Positions 40,579-50,193 of a stretch of DNA of 64,000 nucleotides are shown here, in pieces (position 1 is the stretch's first letter; every line of letters begins with the position of its first letter). The notes beneath the pieces were generated by a model. The model was not told where the DNA came from and ran no database searches. It was given only the letters and a program-made list of their open reading frames with translations. The position numbers were made by a program, and so were the translations under genes. This DNA comes from Candidatus Marinacidobacterales bacterium (GTDB taxonomy: Bacteria > Acidobacteriota > Vicinamibacteria > Marinacidobacterales > SMYC01). The DNA lies in NCBI GenBank assembly GCA_965237955.1, contig OZ250169.1, positions 4,032,001 to 4,096,000 of the forward strand. Reading direction: 5' to 3'.

Positions 40579-41670
40579 ATGAACGACAAAGACGATTTGA
40601 AATCACTTTCCGACGACGAGTTGCTTCGTTGTTTGTCCGAGGTGTTGGCGCAGTCGCGGCGGTTGGAGTGGGTTCTTGTCGCACACATTGCCGAAGTCGA
40701 TGCGCGGCAACTTTATGCGAGTGAAGGATCACCTTCGATGTTTCAATACTGCCTCGAGGTTTTGCATTTGTCGGAGTCGGAAGCCTATCGACGCATCGCA
40801 GCAGCTCGTCTCTCACGCAGCTATCCTGTGCTCCTAAAGATGCTCGAGGATGGACGCATTCACTTGGCTGGTATCGCAGTACTGAAAAAGCATCTAACGG
40901 ACGCCAACTACGAAGACGTTTTGGCTCGAGCCACTCACAAGACTAAACGTGAGCTCGAAGAGCTCGTGGCCGAGCTCGCGCCGAAGCCTGATGTTGCTCC
41001 GACGATTCGAAAGCGGCCACAACGCAAAGCCGAGTCCGAGCCATTGAAATTGAGCTCGTCGACCCAACTGTGTCCGGACACAGTTGAACCAAAGGCACCG
41101 GCAGCGAAGCCAGAGCCTCGGGCGACTCGTGAGAGGCCGGCAACCGTCAAACCACTGTCACCTGCGCGCTACAAAGTGGCGTTCACGGCGAGCGAGGAGC
41201 TCCGTGACAAACTCGAGCGGCTCCAAGCACTCATACCCGGCGGCGACCTCGCTTCCATCATCGACGCAGCCGTGAGCGAGAAACTCGAACGTCTCGAAGC
41301 CAAACGGTATGGCAAGACGAACAAGCCGAGAAAAAACCTCGAAGACGCCAACACCTGACCGGGCGTGCGCGGCATCTCCGCCGCGGTGAAACGCGCCGTC
41401 TGGGCGCGCGATCGGGGTCAATGTACCTTCCTCAACGCCCGGGGCAAACGCTGCCCGGAGCGCCACCGGCTCGAGTTCCATCACGACGAACCCTACGCGT
41501 TAGGTGGAGATCGAAGCGTGAACAACGTACGACTGGCGTGCCCGGCTCATAACGCCTACATGGCTGAGCTTGACTACGGTAGGGAGAAAATGGACCGGCA
41601 CCGGCGCTCGGCCGACCGAGTCGGCGAACCTCAGCCCACGCTCGAGCTCTGCCGGGACAACGTTGCCTGA
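40579..41670 (+). CDS. DUF222-like N-terminus + HNH endonuclease; in-frame TGA at 41356
   Basis: LSDDELL...AHIAEVDAR.LY...SMF.YC..LHLSESEAY.RI; after the TGA, ISAAVKRAVWARDRGQC...C.ERHRLEFHH..P.ALGG..SVNNVRLAC.AHN. Extended -10 TGCTATAAG lies 6 nt before the ATG. Confidence 0.85.
41065..41086. repeat. Perfect 22-bp palindrome inside the HNH ORF
   Basis: CAACTGTGTCCGGACACAGTTG, encoding QLCPDTV; its core is identical to 40329-40348. Confidence 0.9.
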
Positions 41671-41766
41671 AACACACCGCCCTCGCACGACAGCCACAAA
41701 CCGCGTGCCCGGCGCCCGCCGAAGGCCCGGCCGCCCATCGCCCACGTACCGAATCGTTACGGCGCG
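41644..41766 (+). repeat. Right inverted unit of the HNH locus, starting with a degenerate palindrome copy
   Basis: GAGCTCTGCCGGGACAACGTTG (15/22 to the palindrome), then GCACGAC..GTG.CCGGCGCCC..CATCGCCCAC.TA.CGAATC...ACGGCGCG shared with the left unit. Confidence 0.7.
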
Positions 41767-42017
41767 CGCGCTCCGTGGTTCACTGACCAGGCCATGGCCA
41801 CACGGACCGCTCGCCCATCCACGTCGAGACACTCCTGGCGTCGTAGTTGGGGAGAGGAGGCGCTGGCCGAATCGCTTGCCCGACATCGCGCGTCGGTGCC
41901 GACGTGATTCTCCTGGCCGGCGGGATGACTAGATCGCGACGACGAATAGACCGGCGCCAGTCGGCCGTAGCGCGCTGAGACTCGCCTTTGAAGTTCGAGC
42001 CGCGTCAGCGAGGAACC

Positions 42018-42165
42018 TCAGAGGCTGACGACTTCCATGCTCTTTTTGACTTCGTGCTTCCCCTCGAGCAGTTTGTCGATCGCGTCGAGCGTCGTGGCGT
42101 GATAGAAACGCTCTCCGCTTTGTCGGCAAACCTCGGCGTCGACGTTCTCCAGAATCCACTCTGCC
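42018..42165 (-). pseudogene. YgiT-type zinc finger (MqsA-like antitoxin) remnant
   Basis: ILENVDAEVCRQSGERFYHATTLDAIDKLL resembles ENVPA.VC..CGE.; the second Cys and the N-terminal CxxC are missing. Confidence 0.5.
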
Positions 42166-42252
42166 CGTCGAATCAGATGGCTACGCAGATTGGAGTTGAA
42201 TTCAGTGGACGTCGAACCTCTTCCAGTGTGCGAGAGGGTCCAGCCGAAGCGA

Positions 42253-43581
42253 CTATGGTTCCAGGAGCTGGAAGCCCGAAAAAGCGCTCTGCGCCAGCGC
42301 CAGGAACTGATCGTCCGGTGTTGCCTCACGCGCATGGCTCACGATCTCGTAGACGTAGCGGTCTCGGATGTAAACCCAGTGGAGATACTTGAGCGTATGT
42401 CCGAGGGCATCGATCCGCGCGGAGACGAGCAGCCCGTCGTAGCCGTTGTTGGTGTAGGGTTCTTGATAGAGGATCTCGTGGGCGTCCGACGTCAACTCAA
42501 GCCGCGTGCGGATGAGCGGGACGACGTCTTCTAGGGAGAGCTCCATTCCAGCCGTATCCATGCTTTCAGCAGCGATGAAGAGATACATCTCGGGGGCGCT
42601 GCGGATGTAGCCTGCGATCGCTCCGGGGTGGACGAGCTCCGCGTGCCAGGGAGCCCAGGCCATATCGGCGGGCGCGTTGAAGCTGAAATTTCCTTTTTCG
42701 AAAAACTGCGGCATACCGGGCGGCGCGGGATCTCCCGACGCGGTCAGATACGGCCGGCCCTTTTCGCCGATGAGCCGTCCCGTCGTTTCGCAACCCGTGC
42801 GAAGGGCTTGGAGCACGGCGGGCACGAGCGCATCCATTGTCGCTTTCCCGAGCGCCGACTCCCAGAACGCCGCGTAGTCCTCGAGAGCGCTGGCAGAAAT
42901 ATTGCGGTACTTGAAGAGAAGATCCTGTCGTGTGAGCTCTGTGACGAGAGCGATCTCGTCTTGAGTGAGCCCGTAGACTTCCGATTGAGCTTGCACCGCC
43001 GGCGCGTCCGGCACCGATTGGTTCAATCCCGTGAGAATCGCGTCGCGACCGAGTGCGTAGGTAGCAAAGCCCACTTCCACGGAATCGAGTGCGTGACCGA
43101 GGCGGTCGATGAGGGCTTCCCGCTCCACGGTAGGGGGTGCCATCGTCAAGCCCTCGACGAAGGTTTCTCGTTCCCATTGGGACGCCGCGTCCGCGCGGTT
43201 TTCCTCTTGGACGATGGCTTGCACCGCTGGTGTCCGAAGCCACTCGAGCCAGGCGTCCAAGTTGGACTCGTCGCTACGCGCGGCGAATCGAGACACGCAG
43301 AGCTCGAACAGCGGGTCCGGCTCGAGTCCGCGCCGAACCGAGTCGACGAGGATGTCGTAGTATCCGGGAGCGACTTGGCCATCGAGCTCTGTCATCATGG
43401 ACAGGAGTTGAGACCGAAACGACGCGAACGCCTGTCGTCCGCCGAAAAGCTCTACAGCCTCCCGCGCCTTGTCGTATGAGTCATCGGACTGCGGCTCGTT
43501 GGAGACACTGAGAGGTGACGCACCGACAAGAAGAGGGCCGGTGCCCATGCACAGAAATATGGCCAAGACCGCGGTTCTCAT
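42253..43581 (-). CDS. Secreted hypothetical protein (DUF2059-like helical repeats + C-terminal alpha/beta domain)
   Basis: Signal peptide; LEDYAAFWESALGK and LDAWLEWLRTP DUF2059-like segments. Confidence 0.65.
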   Translation of the reverse strand: MRTAVLAIFLCMGTGPLLVGASPLSVSNEPQSDDSYDKAREAVELFGGRQAFASFRSQLLSMMTELDGQVAPGYYDILVDSVRRGLEPDPLFELCVSRFAARSDESNLDAWLEWLRTPAVQAIVQEENRADAASQWERETFVEGLTMAPPTVEREALIDRLGHALDSVEVGFATYALGRDAILTGLNQSVPDAPAVQAQSEVYGLTQDEIALVTELTRQDLLFKYRNISASALEDYAAFWESALGKATMDALVPAVLQALRTGCETTGRLIGEKGRPYLTASGDPAPPGMPQFFEKGNFSFNAPADMAWAPWHAELVHPGAIAGYIRSAPEMYLFIAAESMDTAGMELSLEDVVPLIRTRLELTSDAHEILYQEPYTNNGYDGLLVSARIDALGHTLKYLHWVYIRDRYVYEIVSHAREATPDDQFLALAQSAFSGFQLLEP

Positions 43582-43920
43582 GGCTCTGATCCAGAACCGT
43601 AGATTGTCGTAAAGTGGTTGTTATCCAGAATGCCGGAGCTCGCCTTAGGTTGCAAGCGCTATCGGCCCGGCACCGGCCAGGGTATCCGCAATCCGCTTGG
43701 CATTCCCCGAAACCGGTAAGCGCCATGGAGTGGACGAGCTAGCGCACAACGTCCGCGTGCCGGCGAACGGGGGGACGGGTTTGAAGGGAGCGAAGCAATC
43801 AGTTCAAGCGGAACCTGCAAAGCCGCCTGGCCATTTCTTCGCGCCTTGGCGCCTTTGCGTTAAGACGAATCTCTTGCGATTCTAGTTGTAATCCAAACGA
43901 CTCACCTCCAGGAGGCTTCC

Positions 43921-46434
43921 ATGCCCCAGACGTTCAACGGTATCGGAACGTGGTATTACGGCAAGAAGAACAAGCACGTTCGTGACGATACGTGCGAGCA
44001 TTGCGGTAACTACACCGAGCTCACGTCCTACGACACCAGGAACTTCGTCGTGCTCGTCTACATTCCGATCATTCCGCTCGGTCGTTTCCGCGTCGTCGAT
44101 GAGTGCGGTTCCTGCACCAAGCACTACGCGGTCCCGCTCGCGGAGTGGAACGAGCAGAAGAAGGACGCCGTCAGTGAAGCGGTCAGCGCGCTGGAACGCG
44201 ATCCGTGGAACAGCGAAAACGCGATGGAGTTCGTCCGAACATGTGCCGGCTACCACGCCCGCGAGAGCCTCGCGCGTCACGAATCCGGCATCGATCAAGC
44301 TCTATCCAACGACGCCTCGGGCATGGCGTTTCTCGGCTCGGCCTACGAATATTTCAAGGAACCAGAAAAGGCGGAGGGAGCCTACCGCAAGTCACTCATG
44401 CTCAAGGACGATCCAGGCGTCCGCCACTCATTGGGCATCCTTCTTATCAACCGACGCCGTCCCGCCGAAGCGAAGGAGTTCGTATGGCATCTCCTGACAC
44501 CCTCCGATGACGACGACTTCACCACACTCTACTTCCTCGTCGAGGCGTACCAGGCACAGGGGATGCACCGCGAAGCGAGTGAGGTTCTTGATGCAATGTC
44601 GCAAAACGTGGGAGGTCTCGAGAACGACGAGATATTTCAAAAGTATCGCAAGCGCGTTTCGAAGCGCGCTGGAAGCACGAGATCGCTCGCGTCCCCGCTC
44701 ATGAAGGGAAAACCGTTGGGGTACGACAACTCGCGTACGGTTTTGACGAGCGCTGCCGTGATCGTCGCCGTCGTTAGCGTCACCGGCTTCTTCCTCTTCC
44801 AAAAAACGCAACGAGTAGACGTCTACCTCGTCAACGGCCTCGACCGGGCATACAACGTACGCATTTCGGGAGAGACAAACCACCTCGCGCCGCTCGCCAC
44901 CATCGAAATCACCATCCCGCGGCGCGCCGAGCTCCTTGCCGAAGTCTCGGAGCAAGAAATCGGCTGGCCCGCAACCGTGAACCTCTCGATGGCGACGAAC
45001 TTCTGGAGCTCGCTTTTCGAGCGAAGAACGTACGTCGTCAATCCGGACCGGACCGCCGTCATCATGTGGGAACAGACGGAGTACCGCGTCAACCCAACCG
45101 ACGGCGAGAACCCCACGCGGGTGCACCTCGGGCGGGGACTGCATTCGTTCGACAACCTAGACTACGTGTTCGAGGAGTTTCCCGACGAGATCACGCTCGA
45201 CTCGGCCCAGTCGACGGAGCGACGCGACCGCATTTGGAGGATTTTCGATTTGGAGCCGACCGACGCCTATTCTGCGGCCCTCGAGCTCGGTATCCGCACC
45301 GACGGGGTCGCGTACCTCATCGCTCGGCTTCGAGCCAACCCGGGCGATGAGGCGACATTACCCCTCGCCGCGAGCGTCGTGCCCGCCAAAGAGTTTGCCG
45401 AGCTCGCTCGACCGCAGCTGGACGCGCGCCCGCTCGAGATGGAGTGGCACCGCATGTACCAAACGGCGTTGGAAGCGGCGGGGCGCGGCGGTGAGCTCGT
45501 GAACGACTACCGTGGCTTGCTGGACGCGGAGCCGGACAACGCCGACCTCCTGTATCTTCTCGCGCGCGTGACCCCCGATCCGGACGTGGCAGAACGATTG
45601 ATGCGCGCCTCGGCGGAGAGCGATCCGCCGAGCGCCTACGGCGTCCACGGTCTCGCGTACCAGCGCGTCACCGACGCTAGGTTCGAGGAGGCTTTGAAGC
45701 TCGCGCGACGTGCCCAAGACCTCGAGCCCGACAACACTCTGTTTTCCTATGCGGAGAACGAAGCTTTGCTGGCGCTTCGTCGCTTCGACGTGTTGATTGA
45801 AGAGACCGACCGGGCTCTCGAAGAGAGCCCCCACGACGGGAACAGCGTGGCTCAGGCCGTTCGACTCCACGTCGCGGCAGGCGAAAGACAACGCGCCCAG
45901 GAGATCATCGACGCGTTCGTCCAGCTACTGAAAGAAACAGAAGAAGATGCGGAATCGTGGCGAACCTACCTCGACTCGCTGTACCACCTCGGTTCCGGCA
46001 ATTGGAAGGCCTATCAGGAGAGCATGAGCTCGATCGAGGAGCCACGCTGGCAGTATCAAGCCGCTGTCGCGAACGGTGACATTGTAGCTGCTCTCGACGC
46101 GCTAGAAGCCGCGGAAAGCACGGCTTACGACCGCCTCATCGTCTACATCGCCGCGCGCCGTGCGGGCGAGCCCAACTTAGCTGAAGTGGAGCTCCAAACT
46201 GCGATCGCCGCCTTGTCCGAAGGCACGATGGACGAGAGGATTCTCGCGCGCTGCCTCGACGGCGATGCACCGCGGGACATCACGCTGAAGCTAGGATTTC
46301 AGCCAGACGCGAAAGCGATCGCGCTGGCCGCGCTCGCCGTACAATCAGGTGATGCGCGGCTGCGACAGCTAGGTAGAAAGCTCAACTACCAGCTAACATT
46401 CGAGCGCTACTACCTGGTTCGCGTTGTTTACTAG
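43921..46434 (+). CDS. Zinc-ribbon + TPR + single TM + extracellular TPR protein
   Basis: RBS AGGAGG; CEHC...YIPIIPL...CGSC zinc ribbon; TPR helices on both sides of the [18 protein letters not shown]. Confidence 0.8.
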   Translation: MPQTFNGIGTWYYGKKNKHVRDDTCEHCGNYTELTSYDTRNFVVLVYIPIIPLGRFRVVDECGSCTKHYAVPLAEWNEQKKDAVSEAVSALERDPWNSENAMEFVRTCAGYHARESLARHESGIDQALSNDASGMAFLGSAYEYFKEPEKAEGAYRKSLMLKDDPGVRHSLGILLINRRRPAEAKEFVWHLLTPSDDDDFTTLYFLVEAYQAQGMHREASEVLDAMSQNVGGLENDEIFQKYRKRVSKRAGSTRSLASPLMKGKPLGYDNSRTVLTSAAVIVAVVSVTGFFLFQKTQRVDVYLVNGLDRAYNVRISGETNHLAPLATIEITIPRRAELLAEVSEQEIGWPATVNLSMATNFWSSLFERRTYVVNPDRTAVIMWEQTEYRVNPTDGENPTRVHLGRGLHSFDNLDYVFEEFPDEITLDSAQSTERRDRIWRIFDLEPTDAYSAALELGIRTDGVAYLIARLRANPGDEATLPLAASVVPAKEFAELARPQLDARPLEMEWHRMYQTALEAAGRGGELVNDYRGLLDAEPDNADLLYLLARVTPDPDVAERLMRASAESDPPSAYGVHGLAYQRVTDARFEEALKLARRAQDLEPDNTLFSYAENEALLALRRFDVLIEETDRALEESPHDGNSVAQAVRLHVAAGERQRAQEIIDAFVQLLKETEEDAESWRTYLDSLYHLGSGNWKAYQESMSSIEEPRWQYQAAVANGDIVAALDALEAAESTAYDRLIVYIAARRAGEPNLAEVELQTAIAALSEGTMDERILARCLDGDAPRDITLKLGFQPDAKAIALAALAVQSGDARLRQLGRKLNYQLTFERYYLVRVVY

Positions 46435-47678
46435 GTCACCTTGCGCAGCTCGTCGGCGAGGATCGTGATCCCTCGGCGAACGGTCTCGTCGTCCTGCGAG
46501 TAGTTCAGCCGAATGCACTCGTGCTTGTGCTGCCAGTCTTCCTCGAGTCCAGGGAAGAAGTAGTCTCCGGGAACGACCAGAACACCTCGCTCCTTGAGCC
46601 GTTGATACAGCTCTTTCGACGTGATCGGCAAACCCTCGAACCAAAGCCAGAAAAAGAACGTCCCTTCGGGTTTGTGGACGCGATAGGAGAGACCTTCCAA
46701 GTCTTGGCGGATCCGCTCGAGCGCCTGCTCGCACTTGTTTTCGTAGAACGGCCGAATAATGTCGCGACTCACTCGCAAGACTTCCCCGCTCCGGATCATG
46801 TCTCGGGTCAGCGCGGCCCCGAAGCTTCCCGGCGCAAGGCTCACGATCGCGTTGAGCGCAGAGACCGCCGACACGATTTCCTGGTTGGCAATGACGATAC
46901 CGGTTCGAACACCCGGTAAGCCGAGCTTCGAAAGGCTCATCGTCAGAATGATGTTCTCGTTCCAGATCGGCTCGATGTCCATGAAAACGATGTTCGGAAA
47001 CGGGGTCCCATAGGCGTTATCGATAATCAAGGGAACGCCGTTCTCCTTCGCCATCGCGTCGAGGCGTAGGAGCTCGTCCTCGGTGAGCACGTTCGAGGTC
47101 GGGTTGGTCGGGCGCGAGACGCAGACGGCCGCGATGTCGTCGCTTATCTCGACGGCGTTGAAGTCCACGTAGTATTTGAACAGATCGTCGCCGATGAGCT
47201 CGATCTCGGGCCGCCGCGACACGAAGAAGTCGTGCTCGATGCCGACGTCGGCGTAGCCGATGTACTCGGGTGTGATCGGCAAGAGTATCTTCTTGTGCAC
47301 GCCGTTCGGGGACGCGCCGCCAAGGAGGTTGAACAAGAAAAAAAACGACGTCTGGCTTCCGTTCGTGAGCGCGATGTTCTCGGGACCGATTTCCCACCCG
47401 TAGTGTTGTCGCAAAAGTGCGGCCGTCGCGTCGATGAGCTCACGGTTTCCCTTGGGCGAGTCGTAGCTTCCGATGAGGTTTTCGAGCTCGGACGCGTTCG
47501 TCATCATCACGTTCATGCGAGCGCGGAACTTCGCTTCGACTTCGGGAATACGCGCGGGGTTGCCACCCCCGAGCATGAGCCAGTTATCGTCGGCGGCGAG
47601 AGCCTCACCGAGGTCATCCATCAATTGAAGGATGCCGGACTCTTCGGTGAACTTGATGCCGAACTTGGAAAAGTGCAC
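46431..47678 (-). CDS. avtA: Valine--pyruvate aminotransferase
   Basis: [44 protein letters not shown] and [12 protein letters not shown] motifs. Confidence 0.93.
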   Translation of the reverse strand: MHFSKFGIKFTEESGILQLMDDLGEALAADDNWLMLGGGNPARIPEVEAKFRARMNVMMTNASELENLIGSYDSPKGNRELIDATAALLRQHYGWEIGPENIALTNGSQTSFFFLFNLLGGASPNGVHKKILLPITPEYIGYADVGIEHDFFVSRRPEIELIGDDLFKYYVDFNAVEISDDIAAVCVSRPTNPTSNVLTEDELLRLDAMAKENGVPLIIDNAYGTPFPNIVFMDIEPIWNENIILTMSLSKLGLPGVRTGIVIANQEIVSAVSALNAIVSLAPGSFGAALTRDMIRSGEVLRVSRDIIRPFYENKCEQALERIRQDLEGLSYRVHKPEGTFFFWLWFEGLPITSKELYQRLKERGVLVVPGDYFFPGLEEDWQHKHECIRLNYSQDDETVRRGITILADELRKVT

Positions 47679-47683
47679 TACCG

Positions 47684-48103
47684 CTAGCTGGAGGAAACTC
47701 TACACCGGAGACTGCCGTCCTCCGAAGCCTGGAAGCCCCGTTTTTCGAGCCATGCTGTCGCACGGGCGGCGTCGGGATGGGTTGTCCTCACCACGTTGTA
47801 GAGGTAATTGACGCCATGTCCGCGCGCTTCTTTCTCGAGCGCACCGAGAATGAACGTGCCCACGCCGCGGCCTCGAGACTCGGGCGCGGTTGCCAAGAGT
47901 ATCTCCGCATCGCCCCAAACGATATCGAGCCATCCATAGCCGACCACGTCGCCGTTGTCTTCGGCGCGCCACCACTCGCCAGGCACGATATCTCCGATGG
48001 CGAGCTCGTCATAACGGCGATCGAAGATACCGGCCGGTGCGTCACCTATTATGCGTTTCTTACCGGGATCCCAGCTCGTCGTCCCTTCTTTGATCCAATC
48101 CAT
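47684..48103 (-). CDS. GNAT N-acetyltransferase
   Basis: VVGYGWL...[10 protein letters not shown]...KRGF; the start may extend to 48166. Confidence 0.85.
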   Translation of the reverse strand: MDWIKEGTTSWDPGKKRIIGDAPAGIFDRRYDELAIGDIVPGEWWRAEDNGDVVGYGWLDIVWGDAEILLATAPESRGRGVGTFILGALEKEARGHGVNYLYNVVRTTHPDAARATAWLEKRGFQASEDGSLRCRVSSS

Positions 48104-48316
48104 TTCTAATTTCGATCCGTTTGACCTTGGTCCATCTTCGGCATGCTCGGCGGGCATGGAGCTCAAGCACGAGCGCCATCAATCCGGCAATCATCCGCGT
48201 TCGCATCGGGCCAAAGCGTAACACGGGCCGACAGGATGTAGGAGTTCCCCTACGGGCACGGCAAGACGCCAAGAATGAACCTTCTATTTTGCAACGCGTT
48301 ACGCGGGCATGCGCGG

Positions 48317-48331
48317 TGGCACGAAGATTGA
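48317..48331 (+). promoter_or_regulatory. Putative sigma-54 promoter
   Basis: TGGCACGAAGATTGA versus consensus TGGCACGNNNNTTGC, 21 nt before ATG 48353. Confidence 0.5.
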
Positions 48332-48352
48332 ATTCAAATCGTGTTTCGAACG

Positions 48353-49891
48353 ATGGAACAAGTAGCCGAACAAGCTGGACAGGCCCGACAATGGCCCGCC
48401 AACGCCCCCATGGCCAACGTGGGCTCGCTCGCGCGGGTCGCCCTGCCCGAGATCCTCAAGCGCATCGCGTTGAACGAGCTGTCCGGATCGCTCGAAGCGA
48501 GCTCGGGAAAGACCGCCCGCACCATCTATTTCGATCGCGGCTTCGTGGTTTTTACGGCGAGCACGTCGAAGCAAGACCGCCTCGGTCAGTGTCTTCTAGA
48601 GGCGGGCAGGGTCACGGAGCACGAGCTCGAGCTGGCCGCGCGTCTGATGAGCTCACGCAGCCGCCGCATCGGCCAGGCGATCGTTGCCGCCGGACTACTC
48701 ACCGAAGAAGAGCTCGGTCGTGAGCTCGCCTGCCAGGCTCGCCGGATAGCGACAGCGATCTACGCGCTGAAGAAGGGCATGTACCGGTTCGAACAGCAGG
48801 AGTGTCCGATCCCGATGGAGCTTCGCCTCAGCCTGTCGATGTATCGATTGCAGCTCGAGGGCATTCGCAAGATGAAGAACGGAAAACTCGTCGTCGAGTC
48901 CCTGCCGCCTCTTCAAGAAGTCGTGCGAATGTCGCAGTGTCCACCGTTCAGCTTCGAAGACGTGCACTTCATGCCCATCGAGCTCCTCGTCATGGAAGCT
49001 GCGCAAAAAGAGCGTGAGCTCCGGGCAATCGTCAGGCGTGTCGGCCGCGGACCGGATGAAGTGCTGCGCGCGGCCTACGGGCTGTTGAGCGCCGGAATTC
49101 TCGAGCGCGTGGATCCCGACGAGCCGGAAGTTCCACTGAAGGTCCAAGAAGAGACGGGCACGTTTTTGCTCTCCACACTCGACGACGACGACCACGCGGA
49201 AGCCGAGAACGTCCGCCAGGAAGTGCTTCTCGAGTACGAAAGCTCGGAGCACGCTGCCGCGGAGAAGCTACTGGACGTCGAGGAGGGCGCGTCGGAAGAG
49301 GCAGTTCGCCGCGCCTTTGCCGACAAGCAAGCGCAGTGGGACGAAAAGCAGAAAGAGCTCGACAACGAAAGCACGCTTTGCGTGAAAGTCGAAGAGATCA
49401 AACGTCGGCTCGAGCGTGCTAAGGCCGCGATGCTCGAAGCCGAGGCGACCCAAGCGTCGCCCGAGCCGAAAAAGACGAAACCGGCAGGCAACAAGGACGA
49501 AGTCAAACGGCTGATGCGCGAGATCAAGCTGCGCAAAATGGTGAACGATGACGAAGGCGTGATCTCGCTTCTGTACGAGGTGGTGCAGCTCGAGTCCGAA
49601 AACGCGAAGTACGAGGCGCTCCTCGCGCAAGCGCTCGCGTCACACGACGTGATGAAGAAAAAAGCCGAACGCCACTTTCGTCGCGCCGTCTCTCTCGATC
49701 CGCAAAACGCGGTGCTTCACTACTACCTCGGGCGCTACTGCCAATCCTTCGACTTGAACGCGCGGGCGCTCGCAGAGTTCAAGACCGCGCTTCGCATCGA
49801 CCCCAAACACGCCAAAGCGCGAAGCGCGCTCGTCGAGCTCAAAGGCGACGACACCTCCCTCCAGGATCGCCTCAAGGGATTCTTTTCCTGA
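48353..49891 (+). CDS. DUF4388 (PATAN-like) + degenerate J-like + TPR protein
   Basis: GSL...LPEIL...SGSL...IYFDRG...DRLGQCLL; LLDVEEGASEEAVRRAF without HPD; C-terminal TPRs. Confidence 0.82.
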   Translation: MEQVAEQAGQARQWPANAPMANVGSLARVALPEILKRIALNELSGSLEASSGKTARTIYFDRGFVVFTASTSKQDRLGQCLLEAGRVTEHELELAARLMSSRSRRIGQAIVAAGLLTEEELGRELACQARRIATAIYALKKGMYRFEQQECPIPMELRLSLSMYRLQLEGIRKMKNGKLVVESLPPLQEVVRMSQCPPFSFEDVHFMPIELLVMEAAQKERELRAIVRRVGRGPDEVLRAAYGLLSAGILERVDPDEPEVPLKVQEETGTFLLSTLDDDDHAEAENVRQEVLLEYESSEHAAAEKLLDVEEGASEEAVRRAFADKQAQWDEKQKELDNESTLCVKVEEIKRRLERAKAAMLEAEATQASPEPKKTKPAGNKDEVKRLMREIKLRKMVNDDEGVISLLYEVVQLESENAKYEALLAQALASHDVMKKKAERHFRRAVSLDPQNAVLHYYLGRYCQSFDLNARALAEFKTALRIDPKHAKARSALVELKGDDTSLQDRLKGFFS

Positions 49892-49894
49892 ACG

Positions 49895-50140
49895 CTACGC
49901 CCTCTTGACGTACGACAACAAATAGAGGAGCACGATCGCTCCTACGGTCGCGGTCAGGAGCGAGCCCATCGTGCCGCTTGCGGACAGGCCGAGCACGCCG
50001 AACATGAGTCCGCCGAGAATCGCGCCCACGACGCCCACAACCATGTTGCCGATGAGGCCGAAGCCCTTGCCCTTCATGATCTGGCCGGCCAGCCAGCCGG
50101 CGACGAGCCCAATGGCGAGAAATCCAATCAGTCTTTCCAC
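49895..50140 (-). CDS. GlsB/YeaQ/YmgE (transglycosylase-associated) membrane protein
   Basis: IGLVAGWLAGQIM.G.G.GLIGN.VVGVVGAILGG; RBS GAGGAG with GTG 50140. Confidence 0.9.
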   Translation of the reverse strand: MERLIGFLAIGLVAGWLAGQIMKGKGFGLIGNMVVGVVGAILGGLMFGVLGLSASGTMGSLLTATVGAIVLLYLLSYVKRA

Positions 50141-50193
50141 GCGGCACCTCCTCGTGTTGTCCAGTATCGAACGCAATATTACTATCAGGGGCC

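Noticed and set aside
40579-41670. IscB/Cas9-like RNA-guided nuclease
   Set aside because: No PLMP motif, split RuvC or bridge helix; the HNH is C-terminal after a DUF222-like region.
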